From Fibrobacteria bacterium (lineage in GTDB: Bacteria > Fibrobacterota > Chitinivibrionia > Chitinivibrionales > FEN-1185), in NCBI GenBank assembly GCA_037447435.1, contig JBBIGR010000036.1, forward strand, positions 1 to 55,870: a stretch of DNA of 55,870 nt, written 5' to 3'. Below, piece by piece: positions 13,550 to 23,497 of the stretch; within the stretch, counting starts at the first letter, position 1; the number at the start of each line of letters is the position of its first letter. The notes under the pieces are model-generated. The model was not told the origin of the DNA, searched no databases, and worked only from the letters and a program-made list of their open reading frames with translations. The position numbers were made by a program, and so were the translations under genes.

Positions 13550-13753
13550 TCAATCTTTAGCTGTTTTCTTTTCGTCTTTGCCCCGAACAATAATGGCAAT
13601 TGGCAATAAAACGAGGTAAACGCCTACCAGAATAACTGGAGCAACGCTGAGGGACAACGGATTGGTTACCGGTCCCTGACCAAGTAAAACATAGCCAAGA
13701 ACGAGCAAAACAAAGCTCAGGCCTAACAATTTATAATTTAAAGATCCAAACAT
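13550..13753 (-). CDS. Small two-TM membrane protein, DUF3098-like
   Basis: F...NY.LL.....L.LGY.LL...P.....SLS.AP.ILV..Y pattern. Confidence 0.75.
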   Translation of the reverse strand: MFGSLNYKLLGLSFVLLVLGYVLLGQGPVTNPLSLSVAPVILVGVYLVLLPIAIIVRGKDEKKTAKD

Positions 13754-13782
13754 ATTTTTTCGCTCTTCGAAAAGGATGTTTA

Positions 13783-13811
13783 AAATTAGTTGATATATTG
13801 ATCTGAGTCAA
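13783..13811 (-). promoter_or_regulatory. Sigma70-like promoter for the DUF3098/tRNA unit
   Basis: TTGACT-N17-TAATTT on the minus strand. Confidence 0.5.
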
Positions 13812-13813
13812 TA

Positions 13814-14431
13814 TCAAATTTTAAGACTTGACATTATTTTGTTTTTTTCTTCCTCTGTTTTCGCATCCCGAAGCGCGGTAATGCGCTCATTCGTGATTTT
13901 AATCGCATCGTTGATCAAACCCGCCAAATTCTGCATTTCATCGCCTTTTCGCAGGTAAATCTTTTCCGTGTAATTACCTTCTATCAAATTATGACAGGCT
14001 TTTTCGAATCTGAAAATCGGGCCTGCGAGTTTATGCGAAAAGAAAATGGTGAGTAAGGCGATTTGCACGACAATAATGAAAATACCGATTCCGAAAATAA
14101 GCAGCAGCGACGACAGAACCGCTTTTCGGTATTTCGTATCGCTCGAAAAATCACGTATGTAATTTTTGAGGGTAATGATAAGGGCCTGATACGCTTCCAC
14201 AGGAGGGTTTTGTTCGTCCTGGAATTGCACGGCTATTTTGTTTTCTATCTCATCTTTAATAATGCGAGTGGTCGTTCCCACAATGCTCTGCGATGCGGAA
14301 TATAATACAATAAGAAAAAACGCCAGCATTATCAGCATCGGAATGAGCAACGTCATCATATACCGCCCCTGCATTTTGCGGTCTATAAAGAAATGCTTTC
14401 TGACAAAGCCCTGTTTGTTGTTCACCGGCAC
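13814..14431 (-). CDS. Two-TM membrane protein with a HAMP domain and no output domain
   Basis: RKHFFIDRKMQ N-terminus, two TM segments and HAMP-like SHKLAGPIFRF...G.Y...I.LRKGDEM..LA..IN. GTG start after GGAG. Confidence 0.8.
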   Translation of the reverse strand: MPVNNKQGFVRKHFFIDRKMQGRYMMTLLIPMLIMLAFFLIVLYSASQSIVGTTTRIIKDEIENKIAVQFQDEQNPPVEAYQALIITLKNYIRDFSSDTKYRKAVLSSLLLIFGIGIFIIVVQIALLTIFFSHKLAGPIFRFEKACHNLIEGNYTEKIYLRKGDEMQNLAGLINDAIKITNERITALRDAKTEEEKNKIMSSLKI

Positions 14432-14436
14432 TCTCC

Positions 14437-16761
14437 TTATTTATTGGGGTCCCTTGAATGAAATATACCTTGTAAAATCGGCATAAAGCCATCGACAATG
14501 CTGTCCAGGTCTCTCAAAGTCAGATCGCACTGATCAAGTTGGCCCGAAACGAATTTGTCGCGAATGATTTTACGGACCAATTCCCGAAGCAATTTAGGGG
14601 AACTGGTGCCAAGGCTTCTGCTGGCAGCCTCAACCGAATCCGCAAGCATGATGATGGCATTCTCCCGTGTTTGCGGCACCGGACCGGGATAACGGAAACT
14701 TTCCTCACTTACCTGATTATGCGGGTCTTGCGCTCGCGCCTTTTCGTAGAAAAAGGAAACCGTGCTTGTCCCGTGATGCTGTAATATCGCGTCCTGTATC
14801 ACTCGGGGCAATTTGTTCTTTCGTGCAAGCTCGACGCCATCCTTGACATGCGAAGAAATTATGAGCGCGCTCATGGTCGGCGCGAGTTTCGTATGCCTGC
14901 TCTTGTCGTTGGGCATGGTGTTTTCTATGAAATAATCCGATTTTTCGATTTTACCCACATCGTGATAATAGGAAGCGACACGGGCAAGCAATGAGTTCGC
15001 ACCGACCTTTTCGGCGGCCGACTCGGCAAGGTTGCCGACTAAAACGCAATGGTTATACGTCCCTGCGGCCTCGATCGACAACCGTTTGAGCACCGGATTA
15101 TTCATGTCGGAGAGCTCAATAAGCGTCATATCGGTGGCTATATCGAAAAGGTTTTCGAACACGATTGCCGACATCATGACAAGAAACGTGGAGACGACGC
15201 AATTGATAATTGCAAGACCGCAGTTTTGCATCATGCCCATAATTGACAAATGATTGCTTGTTGCGGAAATAATCGCAATCAGAACGGCATAAATTAAGAA
15301 AACCGGCACGATTGCCTTGATAAAATCCCATCGGTAGCGGATTTTTTTCGTCGAATACCCCGCCATGATGCCCGTGAGCAGCGCGCATATAAACATTTGT
15401 AAATTAAACCCGAGGGATATCCCGAAAAATACCGCGGTAAAAAGCGACACCAGGAAACTGACCCTGAACCCGAATAAAATCATTGCAAGCATGGCGCCCA
15501 CCGAAGTTGGAATCAAATACTCCAGCGTAAGAATCCCGACATCCCCGGCAGATTCGAACAGGCGCGGCGCTAAAAAGAGGCTGAGTCGGGTAATGATGAT
15601 TTGGAATAACACAACCGTTGCAATGGCAAAGGCATATTTCGGATCTTTCCGCACATGAGCGTGATACCGGTGCATGTAGGTTGCCAAAAACGTCAGCGTC
15701 AAAAGCAGCAATAATAATTTGCCGATATTTGCCGACTGGGCGCGCAACCTGCCGCCTTTATGAACGATTTGGTCTTGACTTATACTCAACGAATAAAGCC
15801 GTTCGACGATGTCCGCGGTCACGACCTGATGCTTCCGTACGATTTCGGTTTCCATTACGACTTTTCCCTTGACAGGCAATACTTCGCCGATGGCTTTTTG
15901 CCGCCGGCGGTTCGTTTCCGCCATATCGACAATGACGTTGGGTTCAATGATCGCATTGAACAGTTCGTACAGCGCCGAAATTGCCGTTCCATCGTTTTTC
16001 AGGGTCTCTCGCTGCATTTTAATGATTGATTCGAGAGCAATTTCCCGCACCACAAGTTCCCCTGTGGGCAACGTCGATTCCGACTGACCTTTTTTCAGGG
16101 TGACAAAGTCTTTGTCGTCGTAGACCACGTTATCGAAGGTCGTATTGAATTTCGATGCAAGCGCGTCCCGTTTCTCTGTTGTCGGAACGATGACAACATT
16201 GCAAATGCCTCTATTCACGATACGGATCGCTTCGCCTATCGCAGGATCGACAATATGGGGCGAACGACGCAAATAACGGATAGTGCTTGCCGACAAACCT
16301 TTGCCGAGCAAATTGACAAGTGTTGCAGCCACGGTGTCGGACGGCGGCATGGATGCAAGGGACGTGATCGCAGGCCGGAGTGCGGAAAGCGTCCGTTGCA
16401 TTTTTTTTGTGACGCTCATATCCTCATTGAGGACCAATAAGATCTTGTTTGATGCATCTCTTTGTTCGATTGCAAGTTCGTCGGGTTTCTTGAGAATATC
16501 AAAAGTAAAAGGAGCGATTATCGTTTCCTTGGCAATATCCCCTTCCCGCGGCAAGTCGAAAGAATGCGTGCTCGTGGAATAGGGAAAAAACAAAACGCAA
16601 CCTGCCAATAAAAACGCCAAAATGGCCAAAGGCTTCGGCACTAGTTTCACCAGAGGCGAAACAGCGTCCGCCGCGCGTTTGATTGCCTTGGTTCGCATCA
16701 GTGCGGAAACGGTCAGGCCGTGTTTTTCACAAAAAGCGACAAATCGGGAGAATATCGTCAT
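14437..16761 (-). CDS. 7TM-HD phosphohydrolase (PgpH-like c-di-AMP phosphodiesterase family)
   Basis: Extracytoplasmic domain, about 7 TM helices, then A.GTYNH, YYHDVGK, HHGT and MLADSVEAA. Confidence 0.9.
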   Translation of the reverse strand: MTIFSRFVAFCEKHGLTVSALMRTKAIKRAADAVSPLVKLVPKPLAILAFLLAGCVLFFPYSTSTHSFDLPREGDIAKETIIAPFTFDILKKPDELAIEQRDASNKILLVLNEDMSVTKKMQRTLSALRPAITSLASMPPSDTVAATLVNLLGKGLSASTIRYLRRSPHIVDPAIGEAIRIVNRGICNVVIVPTTEKRDALASKFNTTFDNVVYDDKDFVTLKKGQSESTLPTGELVVREIALESIIKMQRETLKNDGTAISALYELFNAIIEPNVIVDMAETNRRRQKAIGEVLPVKGKVVMETEIVRKHQVVTADIVERLYSLSISQDQIVHKGGRLRAQSANIGKLLLLLLTLTFLATYMHRYHAHVRKDPKYAFAIATVVLFQIIITRLSLFLAPRLFESAGDVGILTLEYLIPTSVGAMLAMILFGFRVSFLVSLFTAVFFGISLGFNLQMFICALLTGIMAGYSTKKIRYRWDFIKAIVPVFLIYAVLIAIISATSNHLSIMGMMQNCGLAIINCVVSTFLVMMSAIVFENLFDIATDMTLIELSDMNNPVLKRLSIEAAGTYNHCVLVGNLAESAAEKVGANSLLARVASYYHDVGKIEKSDYFIENTMPNDKSRHTKLAPTMSALIISSHVKDGVELARKNKLPRVIQDAILQHHGTSTVSFFYEKARAQDPHNQVSEESFRYPGPVPQTRENAIIMLADSVEAASRSLGTSSPKLLRELVRKIIRDKFVSGQLDQCDLTLRDLDSIVDGFMPILQGIFHSRDPNK

Positions 16762-16782
16762 ATTTTTTTCATGGTATCAACG

Positions 16783-16817
16783 AAAAAGGCCTGGACCGGC
16801 ATTGCAGTCCAAGCCTG
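16783..16817 (-). terminator. Intrinsic terminator after the LysM-like gene
   Basis: Minus strand aggcttggac-N10-gtccaggcct followed by a T tract. Confidence 0.7.
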
Positions 16818-16837
16818 AATAATTCCCAAGCCATACC

Positions 16838-17596
16838 CTAGCGCGGGATGTCCAAAACCTGGCCGGGAAAAATCAGATCGGCAGCACGCGTGTATTTACA
16901 TGCGTCGCCTTTCCGGCCTTTAAAACTCGAATATTTCTTATCGATCAACGACTGGTTCGCCCGGTATAAATACGGCCATTTTGCCTCATCGCCGAAAACG
17001 TTGCCGTAACCGGCAATCCTCGACAAACATTCCCTGTTCTGGGGATCGAGTTTCACGGTATAGGTATTCTGTTTTTCCGACGGGGCGGCGGCAACGGGCG
17101 CGGCAGCCAATTGCAATCGCGACTTGACCTGATCGACTAGTTGGTCGAGGCCTTTTACTTCATCCGCAATTTTCCATAAGTATGCCGCGGGTTTAGCTTT
17201 GACAGCTGCGACCTTGCTTTCTTCCACGGCTATGTCTTTTTTACGTTTTGCCAAATCCTCGGGACTTATTGCAAGCAGTTGGTCCAAATCGTTTTTAATT
17301 GCGCTAATGTCCGATTCAATGGCAGCAACATCGGCGTCGGTTATTCCCAACAGCGCAAGCTTTTCCTTTTGAATATCCGAAAGTTTTTGCGTGAGCTCCG
17401 CGATTTGCTGTTTGTTGCTTTCGACTTTTCCCTGTTCGATGGCAATTTCTTCCTTTGCCGACTTTTCGCGTTGCTGTACCTGGGAAAGCTGGTCCTCATA
17501 TTCCTTGTAGGTCATTTCACTCTGCGCCGCAGCAGACGCATGTAAACATGCAACGCATATGCTCATTGCCAGCAAAGAACGGAAAAAAGTAATCAT
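16838..17596 (-). CDS. Secreted coiled-coil protein with C-terminal LysM-like domain
   Basis: Signal peptide, long heptad region, then YTV...ECLSRIA....G...KW..LY.AN...LIFPGQVLDIP. Confidence 0.85.
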   Translation of the reverse strand: MITFFRSLLAMSICVACLHASAAAQSEMTYKEYEDQLSQVQQREKSAKEEIAIEQGKVESNKQQIAELTQKLSDIQKEKLALLGITDADVAAIESDISAIKNDLDQLLAISPEDLAKRKKDIAVEESKVAAVKAKPAAYLWKIADEVKGLDQLVDQVKSRLQLAAAPVAAAPSEKQNTYTVKLDPQNRECLSRIAGYGNVFGDEAKWPYLYRANQSLIDKKYSSFKGRKGDACKYTRAADLIFPGQVLDIPR

Positions 17597-17629
17597 AACG
17601 ATGATTTCTCCTTAACAACTAATTAGAAA

Positions 17630-17654
17630 TTATCCGCGCTTTCTGCGCGGATAA
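17630..17654. other. Intergenic hairpin
   Basis: ttatccgcgc-tttct-gcgcggataa, a perfect 10-bp stem. Confidence 0.7.
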
Positions 17655-17682
17655 AAACCTCAACTCCAGCATCGGTTTTTTT

Positions 17683-17949
17683 TTACTTGCCTAATTTCTT
17701 CTTGATGTCGTCGCGTTCCTCTTCGCTTTTCTTGAGGTCCGCTTGTTTTTGTTGCAATTCGGCGTCAAGACGCATGCGTTCCTGTTTCAATTCGGCAAGT
17801 TTTTTTTCAGCACCGTCGGCAGCGCTCTTGGCCTCATCGAGCTTGGATAATTCATCTTTGCTGGGGCGCTTTGTGCAACCGGTATTCATACCGCACAAAG
17901 CGACCATCGATGCGACGCAGCAGATTTTAACAATGCTGGATATTGTCAT
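17683..17949 (-). CDS. Small coiled-coil lipoprotein (Lpp-like), paralog 2
   Basis: Lipobox-like NTGC, 64-aa helical mature part and a C-terminal Lys. Confidence 0.8.
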   Translation of the reverse strand: MTISSIVKICCVASMVALCGMNTGCTKRPSKDELSKLDEAKSAADGAEKKLAELKQERMRLDAELQQKQADLKKSEEERDDIKKKLGK

Positions 17950-18161
17950 TTGTCATCACCTTTTTTTTGCTTTTCCGCTTCGAGCTTCATGCGTTCCTGA
18001 CGGACATCGGAAAGTTTTTTTTCTGCGCTTTCCGCGGCCGATTTCGCTTCTTCCAATTTCGCAACATCATCTTTGCTTGGCGCTTTGGTACATCCGATCA
18101 TGGATCCGCACATCAAGCTTACGGCAATGGTAATGCAACTTACAACTTTAATGGCTTTCAT
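17946..18161 (-). CDS. Small coiled-coil lipoprotein (Lpp-like), paralog 1
   Basis: ATG 18161 after AAGGAGG, lipobox-like MIGC, 48-aa helical mature part and a C-terminal Lys. Confidence 0.8.
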   Translation of the reverse strand: MKAIKVVSCITIAVSLMCGSMIGCTKAPSKDDVAKLEEAKSAAESAEKKLSDVRQERMKLEAEKQKKGDDK

Positions 18162-18217
18162 GAAAACGTCGTCCTCCTTTAAAACAAACCCCTTGAAACC
18201 TTTTAAGATATAGGTAA

Positions 18218-18247
18218 ATAATAGTATGTATAGAATGGCAGAGTCAA
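18218..18247 (-). promoter_or_regulatory. Sigma70-like promoter for the lipoprotein operon
   Basis: TTGACT-N18-TATTAT on the minus strand. Confidence 0.5.
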
Positions 18248-18351
18248 GGAAAAACCTGAAAACAATCGACTTACAAAGATTTTTCAATTGAATTGCATGG
18301 TTCCCCGTAGTTAGTTTATCCTACTATGCAGATTTTAAGGACCGATTTTTC

Positions 18352-20160
18352 ATGACCACTTCAATTCCGATGTCATCTCCCGGAGACGATCATACTCCAT
18401 TGGACAGCGCTGAAGATATTCTCCGCAAATACAATGTGGTCATGCCCGATATTTCCCAAAAACTGGGTCATAACCGCATCATCGAAAAAATCGCCGAAGG
18501 CGGCATGGCAAACGTCTACAAAGTTTGGCATGAAGAATTGGAAATCGTTCGTGCGGTTAAAATCCTTAAACCCGGATTTGACGAGGAGTCCAAGAAGCGG
18601 CTTCGCACCGAAGCAAAAATATCGGCGCATCTTCATCACCCCAACATAGTCGAATTATACGGCGTCAATTTTTGGAACGAAAGCGTTCCCTACCTTGAAA
18701 TGGAATTCGTCGACGGCTTGTCGCTCAAGGAATTAATCGAAAAAGAAAAGCGGCTGCCGTTCACGGTAGCCATCGCCCTCATACAGTTCGTCTGCAACGC
18801 GCTTCACTATGCGCATAATCAGGTTTTTACGCTGTACGGCAAACCGTATGAAGGAATCGTGCATCGCGACATCAAACCCGCAAACATTCTCCTTACCCGT
18901 AGCGGCATACCGAAGCTTGCCGATTTCGGCATTGCGAAACCACTTGACATAAGCTTGCATACGGTGGGGCAAAAAGTGATGGGCACGTTTACCTATTTGA
19001 GCCCCGAGCAACTCAACGGCGAACCGCTCGACCGGCGAAGCGACATTTATTCGCTCGGGATCGTCCTTTACGAATGCATAACCGGGGAAAAAGCGTTCCC
19101 GCAAAAAACGATAGCCGATCTTATCCGCGAAAAGCTGAGGAATCAATACAGGAAATTCGACAGCTTGGGTATAATGATTCCCAAAAAGCTTGAACAAATA
19201 ATAGATAAAAGCATGCAGATTTCTCCGGATAAACGGTATTTGGACGCGGAGGAATTCGCGGCGGACCTTTCCGATGTTTTAAAAAAGGAAACGTCCGATT
19301 CGCCGGAACGCATCCTTGCGCACCATCTTACCGGACAAATCGACATCCCGTTGCCTAAAAAAAGGAAAAAGCATTTACCTGTGCTGACGATATTCTTTTT
19401 TGCCTTTATCCTTGCGCTTGTGGTCGTGAGCGCGATATTACTGGCCGAAGGTTTGAAGGATAAGCGAGAACATGTCCGGGAAGAGCCTTTTCATGTAAGT
19501 CATCCCAATGTACCGGTACAAGGACGCGAGGCAAATTTCGGCCTCCCGTTGCCTGATACGACAAAAAAGGCGATAGCCACCGACACGCATTCCACGGCCG
19601 GCGCTTCGGCGGGGCTCAATTCCGTGCCCGTAAAACCGGTTTCCCAAAAAGCAACAAGCGCGGATCCTTTATCGTCCGGAGTAACCGCGTGCATGCAGCA
19701 GCATTTTTCCGAAGCCATTCCGCTTTTGGAAGCAAGCCTCGGAAAAACGCTTGCCGATTCCCAGAAAAATCTCGCATCTATTTGCCTTTTGGAAGCGTAT
19801 ATCGGCGTCAACAATCTCAAAGGCGCCCAGCGTATCGTGTCCCATGGAGCAATCAACGACGGGCTGTATTATCTGCTCTGGGGAAAGTATCTATACAAAA
19901 CAGAGCAGCTTTCCGCTGCGATAGATGCGTTTTGCAAAGCGCAGACAACCCCTTCGGCCTACAAAAAAGACCTTCGGAAAGAAGCCACCTATTTGTGGGC
20001 ACGCGGACTGGAAGAGGCATATACGGCAAAACCGAATGCCGAAAACAAGCGATTGGCCATTCGCGCCTGGCAACAATTTCAAAATGCGTTTTGCACAAGT
20101 GCCGACCATTTGGGCCAATGCAAGGACAGTGAAGACCGTCTGCGAAACCTGACTCAGTGA
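18352..20160 (+). CDS. Hanks-type Ser/Thr protein kinase with a TM helix and TPR-like extracytoplasmic domain
   Basis: GGMANVY, AVK, HRDIKPAN, DFG, YLSPEQ and DIYSLG, followed by a TM segment and helical repeats. Confidence 0.95.
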   Translation: MTTSIPMSSPGDDHTPLDSAEDILRKYNVVMPDISQKLGHNRIIEKIAEGGMANVYKVWHEELEIVRAVKILKPGFDEESKKRLRTEAKISAHLHHPNIVELYGVNFWNESVPYLEMEFVDGLSLKELIEKEKRLPFTVAIALIQFVCNALHYAHNQVFTLYGKPYEGIVHRDIKPANILLTRSGIPKLADFGIAKPLDISLHTVGQKVMGTFTYLSPEQLNGEPLDRRSDIYSLGIVLYECITGEKAFPQKTIADLIREKLRNQYRKFDSLGIMIPKKLEQIIDKSMQISPDKRYLDAEEFAADLSDVLKKETSDSPERILAHHLTGQIDIPLPKKRKKHLPVLTIFFFAFILALVVVSAILLAEGLKDKREHVREEPFHVSHPNVPVQGREANFGLPLPDTTKKAIATDTHSTAGASAGLNSVPVKPVSQKATSADPLSSGVTACMQQHFSEAIPLLEASLGKTLADSQKNLASICLLEAYIGVNNLKGAQRIVSHGAINDGLYYLLWGKYLYKTEQLSAAIDAFCKAQTTPSAYKKDLRKEATYLWARGLEEAYTAKPNAENKRLAIRAWQQFQNAFCTSADHLGQCKDSEDRLRNLTQ

Positions 20161-20852
20161 TTTTCGTATTTTTTTACTGCGGTATTGTGTAATTTCTCGG
20201 CAAGTTCTTTCCAGGACAGCCCCGCCGACGATTTTGATTTATTATTGATTAATTGGAACCGCATCGAAGCGGCTTTGCTCGCTATTCCGTCCGTGTCATC
20301 CCGATCGCCGACGACGAGAACATCCTGGGGCAAAATCCGCCATTGTTGGGCTATTGCGACAAAAGGATCTTTATGGGGTTTGAGCGAGCCGAGCGATTCG
20401 CTTGAAGCAAGCGTATCGAACAACGCCGTGGAAATTTTAAGCTTTGCAAGCCGCTCAGGGACTTTGTCATAGTCCGAAAGTACGGCAAGCTTAATGCCTT
20501 TTTTTCTCAGGCCGGTCATAATTTCCGACAGCCCTGGCCTATTGCCTTTGAAAAAGGGCATGATCGAAATGAAAGCATCGTAAAACGGGCCGGTTATCCA
20601 GTCGGCGCATTCCTTTATCGAGGTTTTTTCCTGTTTTGAAAGCTCGTCGGCGATAGCATGAATCAATGTATCCCGCGATCCGACGGCTTTTCCGGCAAAC
20701 GATTCACGAATGCGAAGAAATTTCGGCAACCGATTGCTGCGGGGAAAAAGGGCAAGGTAAAACAGGGGTTTCATGAACCACGGCATGTCGTATAAAGTCC
20801 CGTCGAGATCAAATATGACGCCGCCGATTTCCCCGAAAGAGGGTTTGTCCAT
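20154..20852 (-). CDS. HAD-superfamily hydrolase
   Basis: FDLDGTL, LSD, KP and VGDR..TDG. Confidence 0.9.
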   Translation of the reverse strand: MDKPSFGEIGGVIFDLDGTLYDMPWFMKPLFYLALFPRSNRLPKFLRIRESFAGKAVGSRDTLIHAIADELSKQEKTSIKECADWITGPFYDAFISIMPFFKGNRPGLSEIMTGLRKKGIKLAVLSDYDKVPERLAKLKISTALFDTLASSESLGSLKPHKDPFVAIAQQWRILPQDVLVVGDRDDTDGIASKAASMRFQLINNKSKSSAGLSWKELAEKLHNTAVKKYENH

Positions 20853-20869
20853 TGTGGTTTTTTCGCCCC

Positions 20870-22171
20870 TTATTGCTGCAATGCGTCTTTTCCGGCCAAA
20901 TAAATATTATCAAGCAATTTATCGAGCAAATCGAACGGAGTCGAAGAAAACGCGATCCGAATAATGCTGCCTTGCGCAATGATTCCCGTGTCATATTTCG
21001 CAAGCAGGATTTGCCTCACCTTTTCGGCATTGCCGCTGTTGAGCCTGACGCACATAAAATAACCCGAATTGAACGGGAGCGGTTTGAATATTTCCTCATA
21101 TTCCTTATGTTCGGCGAAAATGTCCCGCATTTTTTCGTATCGACGCCTGAGCACATCGAATTTTTCGTTCTTTTCGGCATGGTAGCTTTCGTTTTGATAT
21201 GCATTGAGCAAAAACGATTGGCCGAGGTTCGAGGCATTTGAAATGCTTCCCCGTATGGCGCCGGCGATTTTCGATTCCAACGCACTGAACAATTGGCCAT
21301 TACCGCCCTTGATACCGAACGTCACAAAACCGACGCGAAAACCCCAAACGTAATCTTCCTTTGTCGGGCCGTCGAATTTGACGCAAAGAATGCGCTCATG
21401 CGCCTTGGCAAGCAACGCAAACAAGGACTCGCGCAGAACCCCTTTTTCAAACACGAGCCCGAAATAGGCGTCGTCTATGAACACAACCAAATCATCGCCC
21501 TTATTCGCGGCATCGACAAGCACATCTTTTATTTGCAGCGCTTCCTGTTCGGTAACGGTATAACCGGTCGGGTTATTCGGGAAATTCAGCAAAACGATTT
21601 TTTTGCCGGTAGGCATTGCGTCAAGTTGCTGTTTCAGCCCCGCGACATTGTACCGGGATCCCGAAAACGTTTCATAGGTCGAAATAGCGGTTCCGTACGC
21701 ATGAGTAAAGACCAGGTCGTAATTTTCCCAGTACAAATCCGGGAGAATGATTGTGTCGTTTTCCTGGCAAAATAAATAGCCGGCCATAGAAAGACCGTGC
21801 GTGAGCGCGCTGGTCACGACCGGAAGGCTTACGATAGTTCCTTCCAATGACGGATTTTTCTTAAAAAGCATCGAATTCCAATGCGAGCGGATCTCGGGGC
21901 GGCCGTAACTTGGCGCATAAGAAAATATGTTTTTCTTATTTTCGGCGATTTGTTTCCAAAGCGAAGGCAGGCACATCGGCGAGCCGCTGTCTTCGAGCGC
22001 GGTGCCAATTGTCGCATTGATTTGTTTTCCCAATGCTTGAGCCGATTGAGCCAATATACCCTGTTTCGGGAAAAAAATCGTTTTTCCCTTTTCCGAAAGC
22101 ATGTTGAAAACATGCGGATTGTTTGACTTGATTTGCTCATTCAATTCAATCGCCTGCGCATCGAGTTTCAT
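20870..22171 (-). CDS. Class I/II PLP-dependent aminotransferase
   Basis: NATIG, NFPNNPTGY, DDAY and DGPTKE..VWGFRVGF. Start at ATG 22171. Confidence 0.92.
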   Translation of the reverse strand: MKLDAQAIELNEQIKSNNPHVFNMLSEKGKTIFFPKQGILAQSAQALGKQINATIGTALEDSGSPMCLPSLWKQIAENKKNIFSYAPSYGRPEIRSHWNSMLFKKNPSLEGTIVSLPVVTSALTHGLSMAGYLFCQENDTIILPDLYWENYDLVFTHAYGTAISTYETFSGSRYNVAGLKQQLDAMPTGKKIVLLNFPNNPTGYTVTEQEALQIKDVLVDAANKGDDLVVFIDDAYFGLVFEKGVLRESLFALLAKAHERILCVKFDGPTKEDYVWGFRVGFVTFGIKGGNGQLFSALESKIAGAIRGSISNASNLGQSFLLNAYQNESYHAEKNEKFDVLRRRYEKMRDIFAEHKEYEEIFKPLPFNSGYFMCVRLNSGNAEKVRQILLAKYDTGIIAQGSIIRIAFSSTPFDLLDKLLDNIYLAGKDALQQ

Positions 22172-22340
22172 CGCAATTGCCCCTTCACATGAAAAACTTT
22201 TTTGTACAAAAACAGCCAAAGATCCGTGACATGAAGACCGATCTTTGGCTGAAGCCGGTATAAAATAATATCCCACCGCTTTTTGCAAGAAAAAAAAACA
22301 CTTAATTGAAAATTTTCTTTGGAACATATAATTTCACAAC

Positions 22341-23495
22341 ATGATTACCGTGGCGTTTTTAAATCAAGGTTTCCTTATGCAAAGGGAAATCATATCGGCT
22401 TTGCGGCAAACAAGAGACATTCGTCTGATTGTCGTATCCATTCCCGATGTTCCATGCGCGATCGAGGCACGACAGGCCTGCGATGCTTTATTGCAACAGC
22501 AATGCAATATCCTGTTTACCGTCAATGATTGGGGGCTCGACGCCGAAGGGATCATACGGAATTTCACCGCGTTGCACAACATGCTTCATTGCAATTGGTG
22601 TGCCGACGATCCGTTTTTTCATCATATTTTTCACCATAAAGCTTTGAGTCCGATTGCCAACAGAATAGATTTTATTTCCGACCGATCGTATGTGCAGCCG
22701 CTTCGGAACCTGGGGTTTAAAGCCCATTTTTGTCCGCTTGCGACAGACCCGGCGATTTTTTATCCGATACCGGATGCCGCTATAAAACGAACAGCCTGTT
22801 TCGTGGGCAATTCCTATAACCGGCAAATCGACGGGTTTACCCAAGGAAACGAATCGTTCATCGACGGCATTATCCCCTTCGTCACATCCCTTCTTCTGGA
22901 ATATACAAACGACCACGGCATCGATTTATCGGCCCGGATAACCGATCACATTGCTCTCTCGGCGCTTCCCGCCCAACTGTCTAAGGAAAAGGCAGTGTTT
23001 ATCGTCAAGCATATCGTGAGCTATTTCTATCGGAAACGGCTCATCATTTCCTTATGCAAGCAATACCCCGACTTCATGATTTTCGGAGACGAGTGGTGGC
23101 TTATGGACTGCGATTTGCAACGCGTGTCGACGGCGGTCGGATACTATGTCAATTTGAGCCGGACGTATCAGGAAACAAAAATCAACATCGACGTGAATCG
23201 CGTTGTTATCCGGGAAGGCCTGACCCAACGGGTTTTCGATTGCCTGGCGGCCAATGCGTTTGTCATCACCAGCAAAAAAACCATTGTCGATGAATTATTT
23301 GAAACAGGCGGGGACAAATCGGAAGTCGTGATGTTCGAAAACGAGCGGCACCTTAAGGAGCTTATCGACTATTATGCCATCCACGATACGCAACGGCAGG
23401 CAATTGTCGACAGAGGCAGGGCGCGAGTGCTTGCCCGGCACACCTATGGGAATCGGATAGCGGAAATATTCTCGACAATAGGGCAGGATATTTGA
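22341..23495 (+). CDS. CgeB-like glycosyltransferase (GT-B)
   Basis: W.ADDP, PLATDP, FVG, Y..TKININ-like motif, RVFD and HTY..R. Confidence 0.8.
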   Translation: MITVAFLNQGFLMQREIISALRQTRDIRLIVVSIPDVPCAIEARQACDALLQQQCNILFTVNDWGLDAEGIIRNFTALHNMLHCNWCADDPFFHHIFHHKALSPIANRIDFISDRSYVQPLRNLGFKAHFCPLATDPAIFYPIPDAAIKRTACFVGNSYNRQIDGFTQGNESFIDGIIPFVTSLLLEYTNDHGIDLSARITDHIALSALPAQLSKEKAVFIVKHIVSYFYRKRLIISLCKQYPDFMIFGDEWWLMDCDLQRVSTAVGYYVNLSRTYQETKINIDVNRVVIREGLTQRVFDCLAANAFVITSKKTIVDELFETGGDKSEVVMFENERHLKELIDYYAIHDTQRQAIVDRGRARVLARHTYGNRIAEIFSTIGQDI

Positions 23496-23497
23496 TA

